DNA of 64,000 bases, from NCBI GenBank assembly GCA_037442465.1, contig JBBIQI010000001.1:5498-69497 (forward strand). Reading direction: 5' to 3'. Position numbers and translations under genes: made by a program. The DNA comes from Burkholderiales bacterium. GTDB lineage: Bacteria > Pseudomonadota > Gammaproteobacteria > Burkholderiales > Burkholderiaceae_F. Positions within the stretch are counted from its first letter, which is position 1, and every line of letters starts with the position of its first letter. Below are positions 9,585 through 18,852 of the stretch, piece after piece. The notes beneath the pieces are model-generated. The model was not told the origin of the DNA. It ran no database searches and saw only the letters and a list, made by a program, of their open reading frames with translations.

Positions 9585-11405
9585 TCATCGCTCGCCCCGC
9601 GGTTTTAGTTCCTGGGGGTCGATGTCGACGAGCTTCCAGAAGTCGCGCTTGAACACGTTACGGTGATAGCCGACCACCCACGGGTGCGCCAGATCGGTCC
9701 AGATCCGGTGCACGTGGATCTTGTACGGCATGTACGCGATCATCAGCTTCTTCGCTTCGGTCATCAGCGCCATGCGCTCGGGGCCGTCGGGCAGCACGCG
9801 CTGCGCTTCGTAGATCCTGTTGAAGGCGGGCAGGTCGAAGCGCGCGTGGTTGGCCTGGCCCTTGTTGCCGCCGTAGCCGAGCGCGAGGAAGGTGTCGCCG
9901 TCGGGTGCGGCGGCACTCCAGCCGACCCCCCACATCATCAGCTTGCCGGCGCGCGAGGCCTTGAGCTGCTCGGGCCACTTCGCGGTCTTGAACTCGATGC
10001 GAACGCCGATCGCGTCCATGTTCTTCTTCCACAGCTCGTTCAACTGGCGCGACTGCTGATCGGGTTGGGTCGCGTACTCGAGCACGAGCGGCGCGCCGTC
10101 GGGCTGCTCGCGCCAGCCGTCGCCGTCGCGGTCGACGTAGCCGTACATGTCCAGCAGCGCCTTGGCCTTCGCTCGGTTGAACTCGCTCATCTCGGAGCGG
10201 AACTCAGGGTCGTAGCCCCATACGCCCGGCGCGATCGGCGATTGCGCGGGGACGGCCTGGTTCTTGCGTACCAGCCGGATCTCCTGATCGAGGTCGACCG
10301 CCAGCCCGATCGCCCGGCGCAGTGCGACCTTCTCCGGCGTGTAACCGCCGACGACGGGGTGCTCCATCGCGAAGTAGGACACGGCGACGTCGGCGCGCGC
10401 GTAGCGCACTATGCGGATGCCGCGCTTGCGCAGATTCGGCGCCAGCTCGTTGTTCGGCAGCGCCAGGTTGGCGAAGTCGGTCGGCACCTCCTCGATGATG
10501 TCGTGTTCGCCGTTGAGGAACGCGAGCCAGCGCGGCTGGTTCTCCTCGACGATGGCGATCTCGACGCGGTCGACCATCGGCAGCTTGCGGCCCCTGAGCT
10601 GCGCGGCGATCGCGCGCGCGTAAGCGTCGTTCGCCGGCGGCGATTCGTCGTAGAACTCGTCACGGTAGTTCGGGTTTTTTTCGAGCACCATGCGCGAGCT
10701 GCGCTTCCACTGCGCGAGCCGGAACGGCCCGGTGCCGACCGGGTGCTCCATGATCTTGTCGCCATAGAACTCGACGACTTCGCGCGCGACCGCGCCGAGG
10801 AAGGACGGGTCGGCGAGGTTGTAGACGAAGCGAGGATTGGGCTCGGCGAGTTTGATCTGGAAGGTGTAGCGGTCGAGCGCGCGCAGGCCTTCGACTTCGC
10901 GGTCGTAATCGAACGGTTTCTTGTTCCGGAGCGCTTCCTGCCGCAGCTCCGACAGCCCGAGGATCCTGCTGTTCTCGAGCACGTACAGGTTGGGGCTCTT
11001 CCAGCGCGGGTCGTAGTGGCGCTTGAACGAGTAAACGTAGTCGTGCGCGGTCAGCTCGCGCTTGCGGCCATTGAACGCCGGATCGTCGTCGAAGTAGATG
11101 CCCGGCCGCAGGCGGATCGTGAACGTGCGAAAGTCGGGCGAGATCTCGGGCAGTGCGGCTGCGGTGTTCGGCCGCATGCGTACCGGTCGTGCGAGGAACT
11201 CGAACTCCAGTGGCGCGTCGAAGATGTTCGACGCGATGATGCGCGAATACAGGTCGGAGATCTGCGCCGGGTCGAAGCCGGTCTCGGCGATGCGGAACGA
11301 GTAGCGCAGCACCTTGTCCTGCGCCTGCACGACCGGCGCGGCGGCGAGCACCGCGGCGAGCGCGATCGCGGCGCGTGCGAGGCGGCGGGCTGCGTTCGAG
11401 AGCAT
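9585..11405 (-). CDS. ABC transporter substrate-binding protein, family 5; paralog 3
   Basis: IAETGFDP and HPVGTGPF motifs; signal MLSNAARRLARAAIALAAVLAAAPVVQA-QDK; ATG at 11405, inside ORF 9585..12608. Confidence 0.88.
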   Translation of the reverse strand: MLSNAARRLARAAIALAAVLAAAPVVQAQDKVLRYSFRIAETGFDPAQISDLYSRIIASNIFDAPLEFEFLARPVRMRPNTAAALPEISPDFRTFTIRLRPGIYFDDDPAFNGRKRELTAHDYVYSFKRHYDPRWKSPNLYVLENSRILGLSELRQEALRNKKPFDYDREVEGLRALDRYTFQIKLAEPNPRFVYNLADPSFLGAVAREVVEFYGDKIMEHPVGTGPFRLAQWKRSSRMVLEKNPNYRDEFYDESPPANDAYARAIAAQLRGRKLPMVDRVEIAIVEENQPRWLAFLNGEHDIIEEVPTDFANLALPNNELAPNLRKRGIRIVRYARADVAVSYFAMEHPVVGGYTPEKVALRRAIGLAVDLDQEIRLVRKNQAVPAQSPIAPGVWGYDPEFRSEMSEFNRAKAKALLDMYGYVDRDGDGWREQPDGAPLVLEYATQPDQQSRQLNELWKKNMDAIGVRIEFKTAKWPEQLKASRAGKLMMWGVGWSAAAPDGDTFLALGYGGNKGQANHARFDLPAFNRIYEAQRVLPDGPERMALMTEAKKLMIAYMPYKIHVHRIWTDLAHPWVVGYHRNVFKRDFWKLVDIDPQELKPRGER

Positions 11406-11636
11406 CCGGTCCTTCGGTATCCAAAGCGGGCGCAAGGGTAGCGCAAGCTGCGCGTGTTGCGGATCGGACACCGCGCGCCGAGCGCGCTTCGCCGCAGCGA
11501 CAAAGCCCTTCACCGCCGGAGCGATTTGAGGATAATGCGCGCTTTCGCGCGCGGGCCGGACGGGCCCGCACTGCCGGGCCACGAGCTTGTGCAGTGCGAC
11601 GCGTCGATCGAACGCACGGGTCAATACAAGGCTGAC

Positions 11637-12575
11637 GTGGCTGCCTATATCGTCCGACGAGTCTGGCAGATGGTCCCGACGCTGGCAGGCGTGATCCTGC
11701 TGGTGTTCTTCCTTTTCAAGTATTTCGGCGGCGACCCGGCCGAGATCCTGGGCGGGCTGCTGGCCACGCCCGAGCAGATCGAGTCGATCCGCGAACAGTT
11801 GGGTCTGAACCGGCCCGTCTGGCAGCAGCTCGCGATCTTCGTCAAGCAGATCGTCACGTTCGACTGGGGGCGCAGCTGGGCGACCAGCGAGGCGGTCTCG
11901 AACATCTTCGTCACGCGGCTGCCGGCCACGCTGACGGTGATGGTGCCGATCCTGATCCTCGAAGTCGTGCTGGCGATTCCGCTCGCGCTCGGCGTCGCCT
12001 ACGTGCGCGGCACGCTCACCGACCGCGCGATCATGATCCTGACCACGGTCGCGCTGTCGATCTCGTTTCTCGTCTACATCATCGTCGGCCAGTGGCTGTT
12101 CGGTTTCTACCTCGGGTGGTTTCCGGTGCAGGGCTGGACCGACAGCTTCTGGAAGAACCTGACGACCTACGCGCCGCTGCCGATCATCCTGGCGGTGCTC
12201 GTGAGCCTCGCGCCGCAGACGCGGCTTTATCGCAGCTTCTTCCTCGACGAGATCGGGCAGGACTACGTGCGCACCGCGCGCGCCAAGGGGCTCAGCGAGA
12301 ACGCGATCATGCTCAAACACGTGCTGCGCAACGCGATGATCCCAATCTTGACCAACGTCGCGGTGCAGCTTCCCGGCGTGTTCATCGGCTCGTTCCTGAT
12401 CGAGATCTTCTTCTCGATTCCCGGGCTGGGGCGCGAGGTGTATCTGGCGGTCAACCGCAGCGACTACCCGGTGATCCAGGCCGTCACCGTGTACCTGGCG
12501 TTCCTGACGATGGTGATCAATCTGCTCGCCGACCTGCTGTACAAGGTCGTCGATCCGCGCGTGGTGCTGAAATGA
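11637..12575 (+). CDS. Peptide/nickel ABC transporter permease (DppB/OppB-like)
   Basis: GTG start VAAYIVRR, GLNRP, DWGRSW, EAA-loop region DYVRTARAKGLSE, IEIFFSIPGLGR. Confidence 0.9.
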   Translation: MAAYIVRRVWQMVPTLAGVILLVFFLFKYFGGDPAEILGGLLATPEQIESIREQLGLNRPVWQQLAIFVKQIVTFDWGRSWATSEAVSNIFVTRLPATLTVMVPILILEVVLAIPLALGVAYVRGTLTDRAIMILTTVALSISFLVYIIVGQWLFGFYLGWFPVQGWTDSFWKNLTTYAPLPIILAVLVSLAPQTRLYRSFFLDEIGQDYVRTARAKGLSENAIMLKHVLRNAMIPILTNVAVQLPGVFIGSFLIEIFFSIPGLGREVYLAVNRSDYPVIQAVTVYLAFLTMVINLLADLLYKVVDPRVVLK

Positions 12576-13612
12576 GCGCGGCTGCCGCACCGTACGTCGA
12601 GACCACACCGAGCCGTTCGGCGGGCGTCTGGCTCGCCGCCTGGAAGCGGCTGGCGCGCGACCGCGTCGGCATGGCTTCGCTGGCGATCGTCGCCGCCTTC
12701 ATCGTGCTGATCCTGTTTGCCGCGGCAGGTCTGGTGGCGCGCGACTGGCAGCGCGAGGTCGGCGTGCCGTACGCGCCGCCGACTGTCATGGGGCCGGCCC
12801 CGGCCGAGGTGGCGCCGATCATCGAGGCGCCGAAAGGGCCGCCGGTGGATCTGTCCGACGTCGATCCGCTCGCACCCCGCTACAAGGAATGGGCAGAACG
12901 CGCGGCGAAGTTCCAGTCGGTCGAAGTCGTCAAGGCCGATACGCTGCCTTTCGGCGGCGACCGGCTCGGCCGCGACGTGCTCGCCAAGGCGGTCAAGGGC
13001 GCGGAGATCTCGATCTTCGTCGGGCTGGCGGCCGCGCTGCTCGCGACCTTCATCGGCACGCTGCTCGGCGCGCTCGGCGGCTATTTCGGCGGCCGCATCG
13101 GCGACTTCCTCGAATGGGTCTACAACGTCTTCACGTCGATCCCGTCGATCCTGCTGATCTTCGCGTTCGCGGCGGTGTTCGGCCGCGGCATCGACACGGT
13201 GATCCTGATCCTGGGGCTGGCGGGCTGGACCGGCATCTACCGGCTGGTGCGCGCCGAGTACATCAAGCACCGCAACCGCGAGTACGTGCGCGCGGCCGAG
13301 GCGATCGGCGCGAGCCATCTGTCGCGGATGTTCGTTCATATCCTGCCGAACGTCAGCCACGTGATCCTCGTGCAACTGTCGCTGCACGTGGTCTACTTCA
13401 TCAAGGCCGAGGTGATCCTGTCCTTCCTCGGGCTCGGCGTGCCGGTCGATCAGGTGTCGTGGGGCACGATGCTCGCCGAGGCCAACGTCGAGCTGGTGCT
13501 CGGCAAGTGGTGGCAGCTCGCGGCCGCCACCGCGTTCATGGCGACCTTCGTCACCGCGTTCTCGCTGCTGACCGACGCGCTGCGCGATGCGCTTGATCCG
13601 AAGCTGAGGTAA
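12572..13612 (+). CDS. Peptide/nickel ABC transporter permease (DppC/OppC-like)
   Basis: FGGDRLGRDVLA, EYVRAAEAIGAS, LSFLGLGVP, SWGTML, LRDALDPK; ATGA overlap with the preceding permease. Confidence 0.9.
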   Translation: MSAAAAPYVETTPSRSAGVWLAAWKRLARDRVGMASLAIVAAFIVLILFAAAGLVARDWQREVGVPYAPPTVMGPAPAEVAPIIEAPKGPPVDLSDVDPLAPRYKEWAERAAKFQSVEVVKADTLPFGGDRLGRDVLAKAVKGAEISIFVGLAAALLATFIGTLLGALGGYFGGRIGDFLEWVYNVFTSIPSILLIFAFAAVFGRGIDTVILILGLAGWTGIYRLVRAEYIKHRNREYVRAAEAIGASHLSRMFVHILPNVSHVILVQLSLHVVYFIKAEVILSFLGLGVPVDQVSWGTMLAEANVELVLGKWWQLAAATAFMATFVTAFSLLTDALRDALDPKLR

Positions 13613-13615
13613 GGC

Positions 13616-15331
13616 ATGACGAACCTCGTTTCGGTGCGCGACCTCACGGTGTCGTTCCGGCTGGGCAAATCCCACGTCGTCGAGGCAGTGCGCGCAGTGA
13701 GCTTCGACGTGCCGGAAAACGGCACCGTCGCGCTGGTCGGCGAGTCGGGCAGCGGCAAGAGCGTGTCGGCGATGTCGATCATGCGGCTGCTGCCTGACAA
13801 CGCGATCGTGGGCGGCGCGAGTCGCGTCGAGTTCGGCGGGCGCAACCTGCTGGCCGAACCGATCGAGACGTTGCGCGCGATCCGCGGCAAGGACATCGGC
13901 GTCGTCTTCCAGGAGCCGATGACCTCGCTGAATCCCGTCTTCACGGTCGGCGACCAGATCGCCGAAGTGCTGCGGCTGCATCTGGGCCTCACGCCAAGGC
14001 AGGCGGCCGACCGCGTCGTCGAGCTGCTGACCGAGGTGGGCATCCCCGAGCCCAGGGCGCGCGTCGACAGCTACCCGCACGAGCTGTCGGGCGGCCAGCA
14101 GCAGCGCGTGATGATCGCGATGGCGATCGCCTGCCAGCCGAAGCTGCTGATCGCCGACGAGCCGACCACCGCGCTCGATGTGACCGTGCAGCGGCAGATC
14201 CTCGAGCTGATCGCCAGGTTGCAGAGCGTGCACCGGATGAGCGTGCTGTTCATCAGCCACGATCTGGGGTTGGTCGGCGAAATAGCCGACGAGGTGGTGG
14301 TGATGCGCGAAGGCGTCGTACGCGAGCGCGGGCCGGTCGCGCAGATCTTCACCGCACCACAGGACGCCTACACCAAGGCGCTGCTGGCGTGCCGGCCGCG
14401 GCTCGACGCTCGCCCGAGGCGGCTGCCGGTGATCGACGACTTCATGCAGTCGGCCGACAGCGCGTCGATCGTGCTCGGTCGCGCCGATGCGCAGCAGCGC
14501 GTCGCGCGCGCCGTGCAGGACAGGCCGCTGATCGAAGCGCGCGGGCTGCGCAAGGAGTACCGGCTGAAGACGGGGTTGTTCGCGCGCAAGACGATCGAGG
14601 CGGTGAAGGACGCGTCGTTTTCGGTGGCGCGCGGGCGCACGCTGGGCGTGGTCGGCGAGTCGGGCTCGGGCAAGACCACGGTCGGCATGCTGCTGATGCG
14701 GCTCGTCGACGCCACCGCCGGCGAAGTGCTGTGGGAAGGCAAGGATCTGCTGAAGCTGTCGGAGCGCGAGATGATGGCCTACCGGCGGCGCATCCAGATC
14801 ATCTTCCAGAATCCCTACGCAAGCCTGAATCCGCGCTTCACGATCGGGCAGATTCTGACCGAGCCGATGAAAATCCACCGCATCGGCAGCGGCGACGACG
14901 AGCGCTTCGAGCGCGCGCTGCGACTGATCAAGCGCGTGGGGCTGCCGGCCGACAGCGTCCATAAGTACCCGCACGAATTCTCCGGCGGGCAGCGCCAGCG
15001 CATCGCCATCGCGCGCGTGCTGACGATGCAGCCCGAGGTCATCATCTGCGACGAGTCGGTTTCTGCGCTGGACGTCTCGGTGCAGGCCACCGTGCTGAAC
15101 CTGCTGGTCGATCTGCAGGAGGAATTCGGCATTTCGTATGTGTTCATCAGCCACGATCTGGCCGTCGTCAAGTACATGGCCGACGACATCATCGTGATGA
15201 ACCAGGGCGCGATCGTCGAGCGCGGTTCGAGCGAGGCGATCTACGAGAATCCGCAGCACGAGTACACGAAGCGGCTGCTGGCCGCGATCCCGCGCGGCTA
15301 TACGCCGCAGCGGGCCGCACGCGCGGCCTGA
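13616..15331 (+). CDS. Peptide ABC transporter ATP-binding protein, fused double domain (DppD-DppF-like)
   Basis: Two Walker A motifs (GESGSGKS, GESGSGKT), signatures LSGGQQQR and FSGGQRQR, Walker B DEPTTALD and DESVSALD. Confidence 0.93.
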   Translation: MTNLVSVRDLTVSFRLGKSHVVEAVRAVSFDVPENGTVALVGESGSGKSVSAMSIMRLLPDNAIVGGASRVEFGGRNLLAEPIETLRAIRGKDIGVVFQEPMTSLNPVFTVGDQIAEVLRLHLGLTPRQAADRVVELLTEVGIPEPRARVDSYPHELSGGQQQRVMIAMAIACQPKLLIADEPTTALDVTVQRQILELIARLQSVHRMSVLFISHDLGLVGEIADEVVVMREGVVRERGPVAQIFTAPQDAYTKALLACRPRLDARPRRLPVIDDFMQSADSASIVLGRADAQQRVARAVQDRPLIEARGLRKEYRLKTGLFARKTIEAVKDASFSVARGRTLGVVGESGSGKTTVGMLLMRLVDATAGEVLWEGKDLLKLSEREMMAYRRRIQIIFQNPYASLNPRFTIGQILTEPMKIHRIGSGDDERFERALRLIKRVGLPADSVHKYPHEFSGGQRQRIAIARVLTMQPEVIICDESVSALDVSVQATVLNLLVDLQEEFGISYVFISHDLAVVKYMADDIIVMNQGAIVERGSSEAIYENPQHEYTKRLLAAIPRGYTPQRAARAA

Positions 15332-15349
15332 CGGCGGCCTGATCGCGGC

Positions 15350-16978
15350 TCAAGCGAGCGCAGGCGCCGAGCTGCCGGTAAGTTCCGCGGCCAGCGCACT
15401 GGCCATGCGGGCGACGATACCGTAAATGGACAGCTGCGGATTGGCGCCGAGCGAGGTCGGGAAGATCGAGCCGTCGTGCACCGACAGGTTCTCGATCTGG
15501 AAGTGACGGCCGAACCCGTCGACCACGCCCGCGCGTTCGCTCGCGGCCATGCCGCAGCCCCCCATCACGTGCGCGCTGACCACGCGCGTGGCGAGCGGCT
15601 TCAGCGGCAGTCGTTCGATCGCTTCCTTGGCTTCGGCGAAGCGCGTGTAGCCGCCGGCCAGCTCGTGTACGGGGTGGACACTCCTTGCGCCGGCCGCGAA
15701 CTGGATTTCGGCCATCGCGACGAAGGCGCGGCGCACGCCGTCCCAGACCGGCTCGTTCAGCGGGTAGTCGAGGAGCGCGCGGCCGTCGGCTGCGAGCACC
15801 ACTTCGCCGCCGCGGCTGTCCGGGTGGAAGCCGTCGCGCAGCAGCGCGATCAGCGCATGGGCGTGGGCGAACCGGTGCATCAACGCGGCGTGCGGCGGTC
15901 CGAAGCCGTGCAGCGTCGTGGCGAACAGCACGGGGTGCAGCGGCGGTGCCTCGAGCTTGAAACCGAGCGGGCCGTCGATCGGGTCGACTTCGAGGAAGCG
16001 ATCCGAATACACGGTCTGCGGCGCACCGGCGAAACCGTCGACGCGCTGCTCGAACAGCGCCGACGAGATCACCGTCGGGTGCAGGAAGGTGCGACGCCCG
16101 AGCAGCCGGTACGGATCCGGCGCAGCCGACCGCAGCAGCAGGCCCGGTGTGTTGATCGCGCCGCCGGCGGCGACGAAATGGCGCGCGCGCACTTCCACCG
16201 TGACACCGCTTGCGGTCAATCCATCGGGGCGCAGCGCCGCGCAGACGAGCCGCTCGATCCGGGCGCCGTCGAATTCGAACCGCAGCGCGCGCAGCCGCGT
16301 ATACAACCGTGCGCCGCGGTCGAGCGCGGCGGGAATCGTCGTCACCAGCATCGACTGCTTGGCGTCGAGCGGGCAGCCTACGCCGCAGTAGCCCAGGTTC
16401 GCGCAGCCGGCGACGTTGCGGCGGATCACGGCCGTCGGTATGCCGAGGGCGGCCGCGCCGCGCGCCAGCAGGCTGTTGTTTTCGTTCGGCGCAACCGTCC
16501 ACGGGCGGATGGCCAAGCGCGTCTCGGCCTGCGCGAACCAGGGTGCGAGTGCCTCTTCGGTGAAGTCGGCGAGCCCGTAGCGGCTGCGCCAGAACGCCAG
16601 CGTCGCCGGCGGCGTGCGAAAGCTCGAGGTCCAGTTGACCGTGGTCGAGCCGCCCACAGCGCGCCCTTGCAGGATGGTGATCGCCTTGTCCTTGGTCTTG
16701 CGCGCGGCCGAATCCCAGTACAGGTGCGGATAGGCGTCGGCCTCGCGCATGCGAAAGTCGCGCGAGCTGGCGAGCGGCCCTTCCTCGATCAGCACGACCG
16801 CAAGTCCCGCCTTGGCGAGCAGTTCGGCACTGATGCCGCCGCCCGCGCCGGTGCCGACGATGGCCACGTCGCAGTCGATGCGCTGCGGCTCGCGCAGCGA
16901 GGACGCGTCGACGACCTTCCAGCCGCGAGCCAGCCCCGCGGCGACCGGATCGGCGCGCGTGACGGACGGCGCAGTCAT
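15350..16978 (-). CDS. GMC family oxidoreductase (long-chain alcohol oxidase/LaoA-like)
   Basis: VGTGAGG FAD motif, GRAVGGSTTVN, CANLGYCGVGCPLDAKQS, SAHVMGG, DGSIFPTSLGANPQ; ATG at 16978. Confidence 0.85.
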   Translation of the reverse strand: MTAPSVTRADPVAAGLARGWKVVDASSLREPQRIDCDVAIVGTGAGGGISAELLAKAGLAVVLIEEGPLASSRDFRMREADAYPHLYWDSAARKTKDKAITILQGRAVGGSTTVNWTSSFRTPPATLAFWRSRYGLADFTEEALAPWFAQAETRLAIRPWTVAPNENNSLLARGAAALGIPTAVIRRNVAGCANLGYCGVGCPLDAKQSMLVTTIPAALDRGARLYTRLRALRFEFDGARIERLVCAALRPDGLTASGVTVEVRARHFVAAGGAINTPGLLLRSAAPDPYRLLGRRTFLHPTVISSALFEQRVDGFAGAPQTVYSDRFLEVDPIDGPLGFKLEAPPLHPVLFATTLHGFGPPHAALMHRFAHAHALIALLRDGFHPDSRGGEVVLAADGRALLDYPLNEPVWDGVRRAFVAMAEIQFAAGARSVHPVHELAGGYTRFAEAKEAIERLPLKPLATRVVSAHVMGGCGMAASERAGVVDGFGRHFQIENLSVHDGSIFPTSLGANPQLSIYGIVARMASALAAELTGSSAPALA

Positions 16979-17469
16979 AGCTTTGGCGGCCCGGGATAGC
17001 CGATCGCGGGCCATGTCGACTCGTCGGCGTACCACGGTCCGAGCACGACGTCGTGCAGCGCTTGGTAGCCGGCCTGCAACAGGTCGAACGGATGCGTGCG
17101 CCAGCGCTGCAGGAAGCGCGTCGCCTGTTCGACGCCGGCGGTTTCCCAGTCGTCGACGCCGGCCAGCCAGCGGCCGGGGGTCGATGCGAGCAGTGCGAAC
17201 AGTTCGCCCAGTTCGAGCCGCGTCGGCGGCGGCAGGCGCGCGATCGCGGCGAGCGTTCGCTCGAGCGTGGCTTCGCGCGCCTGTGCGGTGCGGTCGACCG
17301 GCAGCGCGCCGGCGAGCAGCGCCGGGATCACCGCGCGCAGCACCAGACGCGCTTCTTCGCTGGTCGATGCGTCGCGCGCTGCGGGCTTGAGCCACAGCGC
17401 CGCGCCGCCTGCGGCGGCCAGTACGGCGCCGCCGATCAGACCCGCCTTCAAAAACGTCCGTCGACGCAT
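16975..17469 (-). CDS. Small Tat-signal protein, partner of the GMC oxidoreductase (LaoB-like)
   Basis: MRRRTFLKAGLIGGAVLAAAGG twin-arginine signal; its stop overlaps the GMC start (ATGA). Confidence 0.75.
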   Translation of the reverse strand: MRRRTFLKAGLIGGAVLAAAGGAALWLKPAARDASTSEEARLVLRAVIPALLAGALPVDRTAQAREATLERTLAAIARLPPPTRLELGELFALLASTPGRWLAGVDDWETAGVEQATRFLQRWRTHPFDLLQAGYQALHDVVLGPWYADESTWPAIGYPGPPKL

Positions 17470-17538
17470 TGCGGCCTTCACGTATCCTTCGCCCGCATTC
17501 TAGGGATCGCCGATAGAACACCGCTTCTAAACGGGCTG

Positions 17539-18222
17539 ATGGCGCGCGAATTAGAGGGCTCCGCCAAGCAGCGGTTGAGCGACGCCTTGCAGCGGGTCAT
17601 CGCGCTGCGCAGGCGACTCGAAGGCGATCCCGTGCTCGCGCAACGCTGGCGTGCGGTCAAGTCATGGCAGTCGCAGCGGCTGCAGCACACGTATCCGGAC
17701 CTGCTTGCATCGCCGCGCTACGGGCCTGCCTGCCGCTTTTTCCTCGACGAGCTGTACGCGGCGAAGGACTTCAGCCAGCGCGACAACGAGGCGCTGCGCG
17801 TCGTCCCGAAGCTGGCGCGCATGCTGCCCGACCGCGCCATCGAGACGATGGCGCTCGCCGTCGAGCTCGATGAGCTGTCGGAAACGCTCGACGCGCGCGT
17901 GGCGAGGCTGATCAACCTGCCGATCGACGAAGCCGGCTACGTCCGGGCCTATCGCGCCGCCGGCACTTACGAAGAGCGGGCGCGCCAGATCGAGATGATC
18001 GACCGCATCGGCCGCTCGCTCGAGCGGCTGGCGCGCATACCTTTCCTGTCCGGCATGCTGCATATGATGCGGGCGCCGGCAGAAGCGGCCGGGCTCGGGC
18101 ACCTGCACCACTTTCTCGCCTCGGGTTTCGACAGCTTCAAGGCGATGGGCGAGGCCGGCGAATTCCTGGCGACGATCCGCGCACGCGAAACCGCGTTGAT
18201 GCGCAAGTGGTTCGGCGACTGA
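17539..18222 (+). CDS. Conserved hypothetical protein (FFLEELY-motif-like family)
   Basis: ATG at 17539; RLQHTYPDLL, RFFLDELY, DFSQRD and FLASGFDSFKAM look like a conserved helical betaproteobacterial protein; function unknown. Confidence 0.7.
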   Translation: MARELEGSAKQRLSDALQRVIALRRRLEGDPVLAQRWRAVKSWQSQRLQHTYPDLLASPRYGPACRFFLDELYAAKDFSQRDNEALRVVPKLARMLPDRAIETMALAVELDELSETLDARVARLINLPIDEAGYVRAYRAAGTYEERARQIEMIDRIGRSLERLARIPFLSGMLHMMRAPAEAAGLGHLHHFLASGFDSFKAMGEAGEFLATIRARETALMRKWFGD

Positions 18223-18229
18223 CCGCCGC

Positions 18230-18727
18230 CTACTCGCGCAGCACGCGCGTGCCGAGCCAGCGATCGTGCAGCAGTTGTCCGTCGCGGCCGACCGCTCCGA
18301 CCGCGAGCATCGCGAGGAAGCCGAGCGCGAAGGCGACGACGTCCCAGAGCGCATGCGTCTGGAACAGGGCCACGTAGGCGATGCCGGGCGCGAAAAGATG
18401 CCAGGCGAGCAGGTAGCGCAGCACGGCCACGCGCCAGCCGATCGGTGCGCCGCCCGGTCCGACCACGCGCAGCCGCCACGTTTTCATCGCGAGCGTCTGT
18501 CCGCTGCGGCTCCAGCACCAGACGAAATAGGCGCCGACCGCCACGAACAAGATCGCCTGCAGCGTCCAGCGCTGGTGGTCCGCCAGTGGGTAGGTCCACC
18601 GCGCCAGCGCCAGCACGAAGTAGCCGACGATGAACACCACGCCGAACAGCAGCACCGCCTCGTAGGTCATCGCGGCCAGTCGCAACAGCGGTCCGGGCGA
18701 GCGCGGCGGGGTCGGGTCAGTGGACAT
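18230..18727 (-). CDS. RDD family membrane protein
   Basis: LLRLAAMTYEAVLL, GQTLAMKTWRLRVV, LHDRWLGTRV. Confidence 0.85.
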   Translation of the reverse strand: MSTDPTPPRSPGPLLRLAAMTYEAVLLFGVVFIVGYFVLALARWTYPLADHQRWTLQAILFVAVGAYFVWCWSRSGQTLAMKTWRLRVVGPGGAPIGWRVAVLRYLLAWHLFAPGIAYVALFQTHALWDVVAFALGFLAMLAVGAVGRDGQLLHDRWLGTRVLRE

Positions 18728-18852
18728 CGGGTGGCGGGCCAGGATGCGGGGTCGACCGCGGCAGGCTTCGCGCTCGGGTGGCGACTCGATACGGCAACGG
18801 CGGTCGCGCCGGCGTCCCCGCCGCCGGCGTCGCGGGGGCCGGGCGCGGGTAG

